Assembly (NCBI GenBank): GCA_963707915.1
Contig: OY970178.1
Span: 1,312,001 to 1,376,000 of the forward strand
Length of the DNA: 64,000 nucleotides
Direction of reading: 5' to 3'
Source of the DNA: Candidatus Eiseniibacteriota bacterium
GTDB taxonomy: Bacteria > Eisenbacteria > RBG-16-71-46
Shown here: positions 18,836 through 29,109 of the stretch, piece by piece
Position numbering within the stretch: the first letter of the stretch is position 1
How the letters are laid out: every line of letters begins with the position of its first letter
Notes under the pieces: generated by a model
Database searches by the model: none
What the model was told of the DNA's origin: nothing
What the model saw: only the letters and a program-made list of their open reading frames with translations
Position numbers and translations under genes: made by a program

Positions 18836-20032
18836 ATGTCGCAGGGCTGGTTCCCCAAGGTGTCGCTCGCGGTCGCCGTCGCCGTTCCGAGCCTGGTCGT
18901 CCGCTTCGGCCATGTCCCGATCAGCCCGGAGTGGTCGCTGCTCGTCTTCGGTTCCGCCGTGGTCACGGCCGCGTTCCTGCTGACCTGGGCCGCCGAGACC
19001 GCCCAGGTCGACATCTCGGCCAGCCTCGCGATCGCCATCCTCGCGCTGATCGCCGTCCTGCCCGAGTACGCCGTCGACCTCTACTTCGCGTTCACGGCCG
19101 GGCACCGGCCCGAGTACACGCAGTACGCGGCGGCCAACATGACCGGCAGCAACCGGCTGCTGCTCGGCCTGGGCTGGCCGCTCGTCGCGCTGGTCTTCCT
19201 CTGGGGCGCGCGGCGCCGGGGTGGCCTGGAGACCGTCGTCCGCCTGGAGCCGAGGCGCGGGGTCGAGTTGGCCTTCCTGGCCGCCGCGGGCATCTACGCG
19301 TTCCTGATCCCGTTGACCCGGCGCATCTCGCTGCTGGACTCGGTCGTCCTGCTCGCGCTGTTCGTCGCCTACGCCTGGCGCGTCGCCCAGGAGGAACGCA
19401 GCGAGCCCGACCTGGAGGGCGTGGCCGAGGAGCTGGCCGCTCTGCCGGCGGGCGCGAGGCGGGGCGCCGTGGTCGTCATGTTCGTCCTGGCGGCGGTGTT
19501 CATCGTCTGCGCGGCGGAGCCGTTCGCCAACGCGCTGGTCGAGGCGGGCAAGGACCTGGGCATCGACGAGTTCCTGCTCGTCCAGTGGCTGGCGCCGCTG
19601 GCGTCCGAGGCGCCCGAGTTCATCGTCGCGATGATGCTGGCGTGGCGAGGGAAGGGCGACCTGGCGATGGGCACGTTGCTCTCGTCCAAGGTGAACCAGT
19701 GGACGCTGCTCGTGGGGTGCCTCCCGATCGCGCACTGCTTCGGCGGCGGCGGCTGGCACCTGCCCCTGGACGCTCGCCAGAACGAGGAGTTCTTCCTCAC
19801 CGCGGCGCAGACCGTCCTGGGCTTCGCGGTCGTCGTCGACCTCGCCTTCGGCGCGTGGGAGGCGGTGGCGCTCCTGCTCCTCTTCGTCCTGCAGTTCTTC
19901 TTCCCGCAGCAGGACGTCCGCCTCGGTTTCGCCACGGCCTACCTCGTGCTGGCGGCGATCATCCTGTTCAAGCGGCGGGCGAGCCTGGTGAACCTCGCCC
20001 GCTCGCTGCGGGTCGTGCGTCGCGGCCCCTAA
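18836..20032 (+). CDS. CaCA-superfamily cation (Na+/Ca2+-type) exchanger, candidate Mn2+ exporter
   Basis: Alpha-repeats AVLPEYAVD...AANMTGSN and APLASEAPE...LLSSKVNQ; polytopic membrane protein; GGAGG RBS. Confidence 0.88.
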   Translation: MSQGWFPKVSLAVAVAVPSLVVRFGHVPISPEWSLLVFGSAVVTAAFLLTWAAETAQVDISASLAIAILALIAVLPEYAVDLYFAFTAGHRPEYTQYAAANMTGSNRLLLGLGWPLVALVFLWGARRRGGLETVVRLEPRRGVELAFLAAAGIYAFLIPLTRRISLLDSVVLLALFVAYAWRVAQEERSEPDLEGVAEELAALPAGARRGAVVVMFVLAAVFIVCAAEPFANALVEAGKDLGIDEFLLVQWLAPLASEAPEFIVAMMLAWRGKGDLAMGTLLSSKVNQWTLLVGCLPIAHCFGGGGWHLPLDARQNEEFFLTAAQTVLGFAVVVDLAFGAWEAVALLLLFVLQFFFPQQDVRLGFATAYLVLAAIILFKRRASLVNLARSLRVVRRGP

Positions 20033-20076
20033 GGGCCCGCGGCGAAGCGGTGAGCGGCCCGTCCGGGAGGGCAGGC

Positions 20077-20346
20077 GTGGCGGCGGCCCTGATCGCGGCC
20101 GTCGGACCGAAGCGGACCTTCCAGTACATGGGGGCGGCCTTCCTCGCCGTCATGCTCGTCCTCTTCCTCCCGTTCCGCTTCCCCAGGGACGGATGGACGC
20201 TCGCCGGATGGCGGCCGGGCGGCGCCGCGAGGGCCGCCCCGGTGGAGATGGACACGGCGCACATGGCGCGGACCTCCTCCTTCCTGGGCCTCTTCCTCTG
20301 CTACGTGATCGGCACGCTCGCGGGGCTCATGGCCATCGGGATCTCC
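20077..20346 (+). pseudogene. Internal fragment of an OFA-family MFS transporter
   Basis: AAALIAAVGPKRTFQYMGAAFL...GWRP...MARTSSFLGLFLCYVIGTLAGLMAIG resembles the TM6-loop-TM7 region of OFA MFS; no N- or C-terminal halves. Confidence 0.6.
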
Positions 20347-21476
20347 GACGTCCGTCTCAGCATCAGCAGCGTCACGTCGTCCGCGGGCGGGGCGCCGGCG
20401 GCGTGGGCCTCGAGCCGCGCCACCACGCGCTGCCGGAGCTCCGCCAGCGGGACCGCCGCTCCGCCCTGGAGCGTCTCGCGCAGCCGTTCCTCCCCGAACA
20501 TCTCCCCGCCGGGACTCATGCACTCGGTGAGCCCGTCGGTGTAAGCGACGAGCGTGTCGCCGGGGCGCATCTCGACCGCCCCCGCCACGATGGCCCGCTC
20601 CGGGAACAGCCCGAGCGGAGGACCGCCCAGCATGGGCAACACCTCGAACTCGCCGTCGGCCCCCCGCAGGAGGAAGGGCGGCGGATGACCGGCAAGCGAG
20701 AACTCGATCCGTCCGCCGGGCGGATCCAGCACCCCGAAACAGGCGGTCGCGAATCTCCCGGGCGGCACGGTCCGCGCGAGCTGGCGGCTGAGGCGCGCGA
20801 GCACCCGGTCGGGCGGGGTCAGCGCGTCCTCGGCCGAGTGCAGCAGCACGCGCATCATCGCCATCAGGACCGCCGCCTGCGGGCCGTGCCCCGATGCATC
20901 GCCGAGCAGGAATCCGGTCCGACCGCCGGGGACCGCGAAGAAGTCGTAGTAGTCTCCGCCCGCCTGCGCGCTGGTGGCGTAGTACACCTGCCACTCGTAG
21001 CCGCCGACCTCCGGGAGTTCGAGGGGCAGCATCTCCCGCTGCAGGTCGCCGACCGCCCTGACCTCCCGGTCGAGGGCCTCCTTCACCTGGTCGAGTTGCT
21101 CGAAGAGCCTGCGGTCACGCTCCCGATCGGCACGGATGAAGTCCAGGGTCAGCGCGACGGTCACGTAGATCCCCAACTCGGCCCCGAGGTTCCAGTAGAA
21201 CACGCTCGGACTGGAGAACCCCGGTCCGACCAGGCGCACCGCGATCCCCCACGCCCCCGCGCTGAGACCGGCGACGGCGATCCCCGTCCTCCAGCCCACG
21301 AACCACCCGGCGACCGCGATCCCGACCACGTAGAACAGCGACGAGGACACCTCGTTGCCGCTCAGGTAGTCCAGCCCGAACGCGGCGGCGAGGAGCGCGA
21401 GTGCCCCCACCGTCCCGACGGCCGGCCGCCAGCGCCCGGCACCGCGACCGGCCCCCGCCTGCGGGGACGCGCTCAT
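20301..21476 (-). CDS. Membrane-anchored PP2C/SpoIIE (RsbU-like) phosphatase
   Basis: N-terminal TM sensor (DUF4118-like), coiled coil, LQREMLP, GGDYYD, GDASGHG, AGHPPP, YTDGLTE, DDVT; ATGA overlap with the upstream gene. Confidence 0.9.
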   Translation of the reverse strand: MSASPQAGAGRGAGRWRPAVGTVGALALLAAAFGLDYLSGNEVSSSLFYVVGIAVAGWFVGWRTGIAVAGLSAGAWGIAVRLVGPGFSSPSVFYWNLGAELGIYVTVALTLDFIRADRERDRRLFEQLDQVKEALDREVRAVGDLQREMLPLELPEVGGYEWQVYYATSAQAGGDYYDFFAVPGGRTGFLLGDASGHGPQAAVLMAMMRVLLHSAEDALTPPDRVLARLSRQLARTVPPGRFATACFGVLDPPGGRIEFSLAGHPPPFLLRGADGEFEVLPMLGGPPLGLFPERAIVAGAVEMRPGDTLVAYTDGLTECMSPGGEMFGEERLRETLQGGAAVPLAELRQRVVARLEAHAAGAPPADDVTLLMLRRTSEIPMAMSPASVPIT

Positions 21477-22960
21477 CGGGAGCGCGGTCGGGCCCCGCCG
21501 GGGGCGGGCGGGCGGGACCGGGGCGGCGGCTGCGGAAGCTCCGCACCAGCGCTTCCGCCCAGTCGGCCGTGAGGATCCACCCGTTGAGCGTAGACGTGCA
21601 GCCCCGCCCGGCCGTCGGTCCACGCCGCGACCGCCCCTCCGGATCCGTCGGCGCAGACGGCAAGGGAACTCTGGAAGCCCGGCGCGTCGCTCACGACGAT
21701 GCCGTCCGCCTGCCAGGCCGCGGTCCCCGCGCTGTCGATCCGCTGCGCGTACAGGTCGCCGAAGGGGTCGTCGCGCGCGTCACGCCACATCACGATCGCA
21801 CCGCCCGCGTCCGCCCGGCTCACCGCGACCTCGGCCTGCGCCCCCGAAGCCCGGCACACCGCGATGCCGTCGGCGCCCCAGCGCACCGTTCCCGAGGCGC
21901 GCACGGACTGCACCCGAACGTCCGAGGCCGCGTCCTCGAAGGACCGGGTCTGCCAGGCGACGATGGCGCCGCCCCCGCCGTCCTCGACGATCGCCGGCGC
22001 CGAATCGTCGCTGGTCGAGATGTCGATGCCCTCGTCACCCCACCGGAGTCGTCCGGCAGCGTCGAGTCGCTGCGCCCGGATCGACCCGGATTCCCACGCC
22101 ACGATGACGCCGCCGCGGCCGTCGGCGAGGGACACGGGCCGCGCGTCCGACCCGGCCCCGTCGTCCACCACCACCCCGCCCGGCCCCCACGCAAGATCGC
22201 CTCCCGCATCCACCCGCTGGGCGAGGATGCCGGCGCCCGCTTCCTCGCCACTCGAGTCCCCCGCGACCCACACGAAGATGCCGCCCGAGCCGGCCGGCAC
22301 GACCTGGGGTGTCAGCCGGGCGCCCGGACCGGCGAGGAGCGGGATCCCATCCACGGACCATCGCACGCGGCCGGCGCTGTCGACGGCCTGGGCGTAGAGG
22401 TCCGCGCCGGGGCCTTCGCGCACGTCCTGCCAGCCGACGAGGGCGCCGCCATGTCCGTCCGCGGCGATCACCGGGCCGATCTGGTCGCCCGCCGCGAGGG
22501 TGATGGGCACGCCATCGCGCGGCCAGCGGAGGTTCCCCGATCGGTCGATCCGCTGGGCGAAGACGTCCCAGTCCCTGACACGCCGGTCGTCCTGCCACAC
22601 GACGATGGCCCCGCCGGAGGAGTCCGGCGCCAGCGCCGGTCGCTGCTGGTCGCTGGCCAGCGGACAGACGGCGATGCCGCCATCGCCCCACGCGGGCCGG
22701 CCATCACGATCGACGCGCTGTGCGAACACGCCCTTGACGCCGTCCGGCGCCGTCGTCTCCCAGGCCACGATCACGCCGCCCGATCCGTCGGGGACGACCT
22801 GCGGCGCTCCCTCGCTCACCGGGGCCGTGCAGATCGGCAGATTCACGGAGGGGGCGTCCGGCCAGGCGGCAAAGCAGGGCGCCACCGCCAGCATCATCAC
22901 GGCCGCGACGGCGAGCGCCGCCGCCGGTCCCGGCCACTTCATTCCCCGCTCTCGCGACAT
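21473..22960 (-). CDS. Secreted repeat protein (probable beta-propeller)
   Basis: Signal peptide; eight repeats of DGxGGAIVAW...YAQRVD..G...W; alternative start MKW at 22942. Confidence 0.82.
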   Translation of the reverse strand: MSRERGMKWPGPAAALAVAAVMMLAVAPCFAAWPDAPSVNLPICTAPVSEGAPQVVPDGSGGVIVAWETTAPDGVKGVFAQRVDRDGRPAWGDGGIAVCPLASDQQRPALAPDSSGGAIVVWQDDRRVRDWDVFAQRIDRSGNLRWPRDGVPITLAAGDQIGPVIAADGHGGALVGWQDVREGPGADLYAQAVDSAGRVRWSVDGIPLLAGPGARLTPQVVPAGSGGIFVWVAGDSSGEEAGAGILAQRVDAGGDLAWGPGGVVVDDGAGSDARPVSLADGRGGVIVAWESGSIRAQRLDAAGRLRWGDEGIDISTSDDSAPAIVEDGGGGAIVAWQTRSFEDAASDVRVQSVRASGTVRWGADGIAVCRASGAQAEVAVSRADAGGAIVMWRDARDDPFGDLYAQRIDSAGTAAWQADGIVVSDAPGFQSSLAVCADGSGGAVAAWTDGRAGLHVYAQRVDPHGRLGGSAGAELPQPPPRSRPPAPGGARPRSR

Positions 22961-22975
22961 GACACCTCCCCCCGC

Positions 22976-23470
22976 CTAGCCGTTCCTCTGCCCGAGCAGT
23001 GCGATGATCTTCTGCTGCTCCTCGAGCAGCTTGAGTTGCCGCACGTTGATGGCATGCAGGGCCGTGAGGGTCTCGTGGTCCGCCTCCGCGCGCGCGTCCT
23101 GGCTGGCCGAGATGACGTTCTGGCCGACGATGATGATCGGCAGCAGCACGAGCTGCAGGAAGGACTGGCTCAGCCACGCGATGCCGGTCACGGTGTCGCC
23201 CTTCAGGAACGCGGCCACCGCCTGCGGAAACGACACCAGCCCGATGAGGGCGAAGAGATAGGCCGCCCACATCGTCCCGACGCTCCGAGTGATCCGCACG
23301 GCCAGCCAGTTGTTGAATCGCGCGACCGGGCGATTCCGGTGCATCCGCTCGCGGACGTGGCGGGACGTCACCAGCCGCGGGACATGCGCCGCGGGGGCGG
23401 ATCTCGCGGCCGCCAGCGCCGCCGCGTGCGCGTCATCGATCCTCGCTTCGTCCGGTCTGTGGCCGTCCAT
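22976..23470 (-). CDS. DUF1003-like membrane protein
   Basis: AVRITRSVGTMW, WLSQSFLQLVLLPIIIVGQN, ARAEADHE. Confidence 0.8.
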   Translation of the reverse strand: MDGHRPDEARIDDAHAAALAAARSAPAAHVPRLVTSRHVRERMHRNRPVARFNNWLAVRITRSVGTMWAAYLFALIGLVSFPQAVAAFLKGDTVTGIAWLSQSFLQLVLLPIIIVGQNVISASQDARAEADHETLTALHAINVRQLKLLEEQQKIIALLGQRNG

Positions 23471-23554
23471 CCTGCCTCCTTCTGGCCGGTCAGGCTTCGC
23501 GGCCCGTGCCGTGCCGCCTGCCCGAGGTGGCCGCCTGCCGCGCGCGGCGCCCGC

Positions 23555-25624
<2,070 letters not shown>

Positions 25625-25953
25625 GGAGCTCTCCTGTGGTCCCGGTGGTGGCGGAGCGGCGTTTCCGTCGCGCCGTCGCACGTCGGCGGGGGCTCGCGCT
25701 TCGAGGTCCTGCGCGCTCGCGCGACGATGGGAGTCGTCGGAACTGGAAACGATCGAGCGGCAGGCGTTCCCTCGGCCGAGCGAACGGGTCACAGCGTACC
25801 CGCGGAGAGGTTAGCGCAGGCAGGCGGCAGGCGCCATCCGCCCGGCCGCGGGGAGGATCGGGCGCGGCACCCGCCGCGCCGGATCGCGTCCGCGCCCCCC
25901 GCCCTCCCGCCGAAGCGCTCGCGCCGGCGGGACGTCGGGGGGCGCGGTCGAGC

Positions 25954-26463
25954 TCAGTCGCGGCGGTGGCCCCGCCCCTCGCCGTCGGACTTCCGCCCCC
26001 GCTCGGGCGGTCCGGCCGGCCGGTCACCTTCCTGCCCGCGGCCCCGCTCATCGGACTTCCTCATCTGCCCGGGAGGGCCGCCCATGGGGTGGTGACGCCA
26101 GTGCCTGCCCGGGACGTCGAACATCGGGCGCGGCACCTTCCTCGCGTCGATCCAGCCGAACGGGCCGCGGAAGCTCCGCGCGCGGTACCAGTACCCGTCG
26201 TTGCAGACGTAGTACCAGGAGCCGTAGCGGAACATGTCGTACCCGGGGTCCTGCTCGCCGAGGACCATCACCCGCATCCCCGGGACCATCACCATCCGGG
26301 GCGCCCGGACGAACTCGACCCGCGGGGGCGGCGGCGCGTTGCCGAAGTCGATCCGGAACCCGAAGTAGGTGCGGGTCTCCGCCGAAGCCGGGACCGTGGA
26401 GACCGCGAGTGTCGACGCCACGAGCAGTGCGACCGCCGCGCTGACGACGTGAGCCTGGCGCAT
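25954..26463 (-). CDS. Small secreted Pro/aromatic-rich protein with GPPGQ tail
   Basis: AAGGAGG RBS; signal peptide; APPPPRV, YDMFRYGSWYY...WYRARSFRGP; charged low-complexity tail. Confidence 0.75.
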   Translation of the reverse strand: MRQAHVVSAAVALLVASTLAVSTVPASAETRTYFGFRIDFGNAPPPPRVEFVRAPRMVMVPGMRVMVLGEQDPGYDMFRYGSWYYVCNDGYWYRARSFRGPFGWIDARKVPRPMFDVPGRHWRHHPMGGPPGQMRKSDERGRGQEGDRPAGPPERGRKSDGEGRGHRRD

Positions 26464-26532
26464 GACATGCCTCCTTCCGACGAGGGGACGGGAACTGCCG
26501 TGGATCACGAACATGGACCGGCGGACCCCGCT

Positions 26533-26709
26533 TCACGAGCCCCGCCCGGTCGCGGCCTGGGCCGGGTCGTCCGGTCGGGGTGGCCGCGCGACCGGCGGTA
26601 GCAGGCGGCCGACACCGCCCCGGGGCGGGTCCGCCTGCCCATCCTGCAGGAGATCATCCAGCCAGTTCGCCAGCGGGACCACGAGCACTGCCGCGACGGT
26701 CCAGGTCAT
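26533..26709 (-). pseudogene. Small ORF, possibly a degraded lmo0937-like membrane peptide
   Basis: Strong AGGAGG RBS and an MTWTVAAVLVV start; hydrophobicity is lost afterwards. Confidence 0.3.
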
Positions 26710-27412
26710 CTGCCTCCTCCCTTCCCGATGGGCCGGGTTCCGGACCACCCGGCGCGGGCGGAGTCCACGCGCGGCCGTTCAGCGCGGTCCTCACCCAGGC
26801 GAACGTGGGCAGCCCGTTCCACTCGTCCACGAAGTGGCGATCGAGCCGGGCGCGCAGCGTGACGCGCGCCCGGTGCAGCCGCGCCCGCACCGCCGCCGGC
26901 TTCAGCCCCAGGATCTCCCCGGCAGCGGCGCTCGAGAGCCCCTGCAGGTCGCGCAGCACGAACACCGTGCGCAATTCCAGCGGCAGGAACTGGAGCGCCT
27001 CCGCCATCACCGCACGGGCCCGGGGCGTGAGCAGCTCCCCGGGCGGCCGGGCCGCCCAGTCGGGGAACTGCCGGGGTCCGGCGACCTCGCGAACGTCGCT
27101 CGGCGGGCCGAGCGCGACGGGGGCGTCGCGGCGCATGCGGTATCGCATCAGGCTCGCGTGGGTCGCGATCCGGTAGAGCCGGGCCGCGAACCGCTCTCCG
27201 CTCCCGAGACCGTCCAGCCCGCGGTAGGCCGCGAGGAACGTGTCCGTGAGCGCCCCGGCCGCATCGTCCTCGTCCTGGAGGAGCCGGTACGCGAGGCGGT
27301 AGACCTCGTGCTCGTGCCGTCGCACCAGCTCGTCGAAGGCGCGATCGTTCCCACGCCGGGCCAGCTCCGCCAGCCGTTCGTCGGTCGGCACCGGGTGCGG
27401 GAGGACCGTCAT
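26654..27412 (-). CDS. ECF sigma factor, divergent second copy
   Basis: GNDRAFDELVRRH...LYRIAT...LPLELRTVFVLRDLQGLS...RARLHRAR; ATGA-coupled to the first copy. Confidence 0.82.
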   Translation of the reverse strand: MTVLPHPVPTDERLAELARRGNDRAFDELVRRHEHEVYRLAYRLLQDEDDAAGALTDTFLAAYRGLDGLGSGERFAARLYRIATHASLMRYRMRRDAPVALGPPSDVREVAGPRQFPDWAARPPGELLTPRARAVMAEALQFLPLELRTVFVLRDLQGLSSAAAGEILGLKPAAVRARLHRARVTLRARLDRHFVDEWNGLPTFAWVRTALNGRAWTPPAPGGPEPGPSGREEADDLDRRGSARGPAGELAG

Positions 27413-28110
27413 GGGAGCTCCGCCGGCTGCAGCCCCGTCGTGCCTTGCCACTCGAGCGGGTCACGGACGACATCCCACCTGCGCTGCCGCCCGACCCCTG
27501 CCTGCTTCACGCGCCCCGCGAGGTAGGCGGCGAGCCGCCCGCGCAGCGCGATGCGCGCCCGGTGCAGCCGTGACTTCATCGCCGGCACCGACAGTCCGAG
27601 GATCTCGGCGACCTCCGCGTTCGCGTGCATCTCGAGGTCGCGCAGCACGAAGACCGCCCGCAGTTCGCCGGACAGTCCCTGGAGCCCCTCGGCAATGACC
27701 TCGAGCATCTCCGCCGTCAGCAGCTCGTCCGGCGGCTGGGCCGACCGGTCCGGCAGCTGCAGCGGCTCCGCTTCCCCGTTCCCGTCCTGCGATCGCTCGA
27801 GGGAGACGTGGTCGTGGCGCCGCCGGCGGTGCTTCATCAGGCTCGCGTTGGTCGCGATCCGGAAGAGCCAGGTCGAGAACCTGGCGTCCGCCCGGAAGCC
27901 CTTCAGCCCCCGGTAGGCGGAGAGGAAGGCGTCCTGCAGCGCCTCGCCGGCGTCGTCCTCGTTGCGCAGGATCCGGTACGAGAGCCGGTAGACCCGGTCC
28001 TGGTAGCGGCGCACCAGCTCGTCGAAGGCGCGGTTGTCGCCTTCCTGGGCCGCCTGCACCAACTGCTCGTCGGCCTTCGCCGACCGCGCGTCCGCCGTTC
28101 CCCTGGCCAT
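27409..28110 (-). CDS. ECF sigma factor (RpoE/SigW-like)
   Basis: GDNRAFDELVRRYQ, DAGEALQDAFL, FSTWLFRIATN, MKSRLHRAR; GGAGG RBS. Confidence 0.92.
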   Translation of the reverse strand: MARGTADARSAKADEQLVQAAQEGDNRAFDELVRRYQDRVYRLSYRILRNEDDAGEALQDAFLSAYRGLKGFRADARFSTWLFRIATNASLMKHRRRRHDHVSLERSQDGNGEAEPLQLPDRSAQPPDELLTAEMLEVIAEGLQGLSGELRAVFVLRDLEMHANAEVAEILGLSVPAMKSRLHRARIALRGRLAAYLAGRVKQAGVGRQRRWDVVRDPLEWQGTTGLQPAELP

Positions 28111-28419
28111 GGTGCGTCCTCCGTCAGCTGGCCGGTTCCGCCGCGGCGTACCGGTGATGCTGCTCCGCCTGGGTGACCGGGAGGCACCGGGTGGCGAGCG
28201 CCGGGATGACCCGGCTGGAGCCGCTCACCGGGAGCCTCCTTCGACCGCCGGGCGCCCGGCCCTTCCGCCGGGGCCCGCTCGCCGCCGGGTCGCGATGACC
28301 GGCCCGCCGGCTGGGAATGCGACCGGGGCGTGGCTCGCCGCGGCCTCATGAGCATCCTATGCGGGCCCGGTGGCCGCCGACTATCGGACCGCAGGCTGGA
28401 CCTGGGGTAGGTCGAAGTC

Positions 28420-29109
28420 CTAGCCCGACGCCGGACCGGCGGCTTCTTCGCGCAGGAATTCCACGGCGCACTGGCGCAACTCGGCGGCGGTGCCCACGCC
28501 GAGCTTGAGGCGGATGTTCACGCGGTGGGCCTCGACCGTCTTCACGCTGAGCTTGAGTTGCTCCGCGATCTCCCGGCGTCCCCGGCCCTGGCCCAGCAGC
28601 CGGAAGATCTCCAGCTCCCGGTCCGTCAGGCACTCGACGGGCCCCGCCCGGCCGTCGGGCGCCCCTCCCGCCGTCCGTGCCAGCATCCGGTTGACGACCC
28701 GCGGCCCGACGATGATGTCGCCGTTCCGCACGCGCCGGATGGCCTGCATGAGCTCCTCGGTCGGCGCGCTCTTCATCACGTAGCCCCGCGCCCCGGCTCG
28801 CAGGGCCCGTTCCGCGTACAGCGACTCGTCGTGCATGGACAGCACCAGCACCCGCGCGTGCCGGTCGCGGGCCCTGATCTCCTTGATCAGCTCGAGGCCG
28901 TCGCGGCCCGGCAGCGAGATGTCCGTGACCACCACGTCGGGCTTCGCCCGGCCGATCGCCGGGATCGCCTCCGCGGCGCTGCCGGCCTGTCCGCACACGG
29001 TCAGGTCGGGCTCCTCCTCGATGCAATCGGCCACGCCCCGCCGCATCACCGGGTGATCGTCCACGAGGAAGACGCGGACCTGCTCCGGCCTGACGACCTT
29101 ATCGCCCAC
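28420..29109 (-). CDS. NarL/LuxR-family response regulator
   Basis: VDDHP, DISLP, LSMH, GYVMK; HTH LTDRELEIF...IAEQLKLSVKTVEAHR. Confidence 0.94.
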   Translation of the reverse strand: MGDKVVRPEQVRVFLVDDHPVMRRGVADCIEEEPDLTVCGQAGSAAEAIPAIGRAKPDVVVTDISLPGRDGLELIKEIRARDRHARVLVLSMHDESLYAERALRAGARGYVMKSAPTEELMQAIRRVRNGDIIVGPRVVNRMLARTAGGAPDGRAGPVECLTDRELEIFRLLGQGRGRREIAEQLKLSVKTVEAHRVNIRLKLGVGTAAELRQCAVEFLREEAAGPASG

